Shown: positions 45,474 through 45,592 of the stretch, piece after piece
Numbering within the stretch: position 1 is the stretch's first letter
How the letters are laid out: every line of letters starts with the position of its first letter
Virus record (IMG/VR): IMGVR_UViG_3300045988_166338
Reading direction: 5' to 3' (one strand)
From: a virus
DNA length: 45,592 nt
Made by a program: the position numbers and the translations under genes
The notes under the pieces: model-generated
What the model was told of the DNA's origin: nothing
The model's database searches: none
Seen by the model: the letters and a program-made list of their open reading frames with translations, nothing else

Positions 45474-45592
45474 CGGATACCCAGCCTGCCCTTTGCTAAC
45501 ACTCCCACCCTGCCCTATCATCTTGCACAATCCGTTTCTCCTATCACCAACCCGCATTTCCCTGCTTTGATGCTACGAAACTTTACATTTTA
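45474..45592. repeat. Right copy of the 119-bp direct terminal repeat
   Basis: Identical to 1..119. Confidence 0.85.

Noticed and set aside
1-45592. Looked for tRNA genes, CRISPR arrays, an integrase or repressor lysogeny module, and a phage-encoded RNA polymerase
   Set aside because: No cloverleaf-compatible segments, no spacer-repeat arrays, and no tyrosine or serine recombinase or RNAP motifs were seen. Their absence is itself a feature of this genome.

Overview
The window appears to be a complete, linear, podovirus-like dsDNA phage genome of about 45.5 kb. It is bounded by a 119-bp direct terminal repeat (1..119 = 45474..45592).

The plus-strand early and replication module (about 0.85-20.36 kb) encodes a RecD/Dda-like SF1B helicase, a Cas4/RecB-like Fe-S nuclease, an AAA_24/Sak4-like ATPase, an ATP-dependent DNA ligase, a MazG-like protein, a family-A DNA polymerase with 3'-5' exonuclease, a dNMP-kinase-like P-loop protein, an overlapped i-spanin/o-spanin pair, and many small hypothetical proteins.

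A perfect bidirectional terminator at 20361..20398 separates it from the minus-strand late module (20.43-44.27 kb). The late module runs terminase small and large subunits, portal, scaffold, major capsid, tail proteins, a 965-aa tail fiber with Phage_fiber_2-type repeats, an M15-peptidase endolysin with small TM proteins, and three large internal-virion/ejection-type proteins of 191-1402 aa.

No integrase, repressor, phage RNA polymerase, tRNA or CRISPR array was seen. Transcription appears to use host sigma70-type extended -10 promoters of a shared form ((g)TTCTTGACA-N17-TGn-TAnnnT), found seven times.

The most unusual content is threefold. First, two diverged paralogous GC-rich noncoding elements of about 300 bp sit inside the late operon; one is the leader of a 71-aa ORF that resembles the glycyl-radical C-terminus of anaerobic ribonucleotide reductase NrdD. 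Second, a tandem TGGCACGCG repeat lies at the promoter-distal end of that leader. Third, the roughly 1.4-kb genome-end region is C-rich and G-depleted, and carries iterons and palindromes. Several early proteins also share an N-terminal tag and acidic C-terminal tails.
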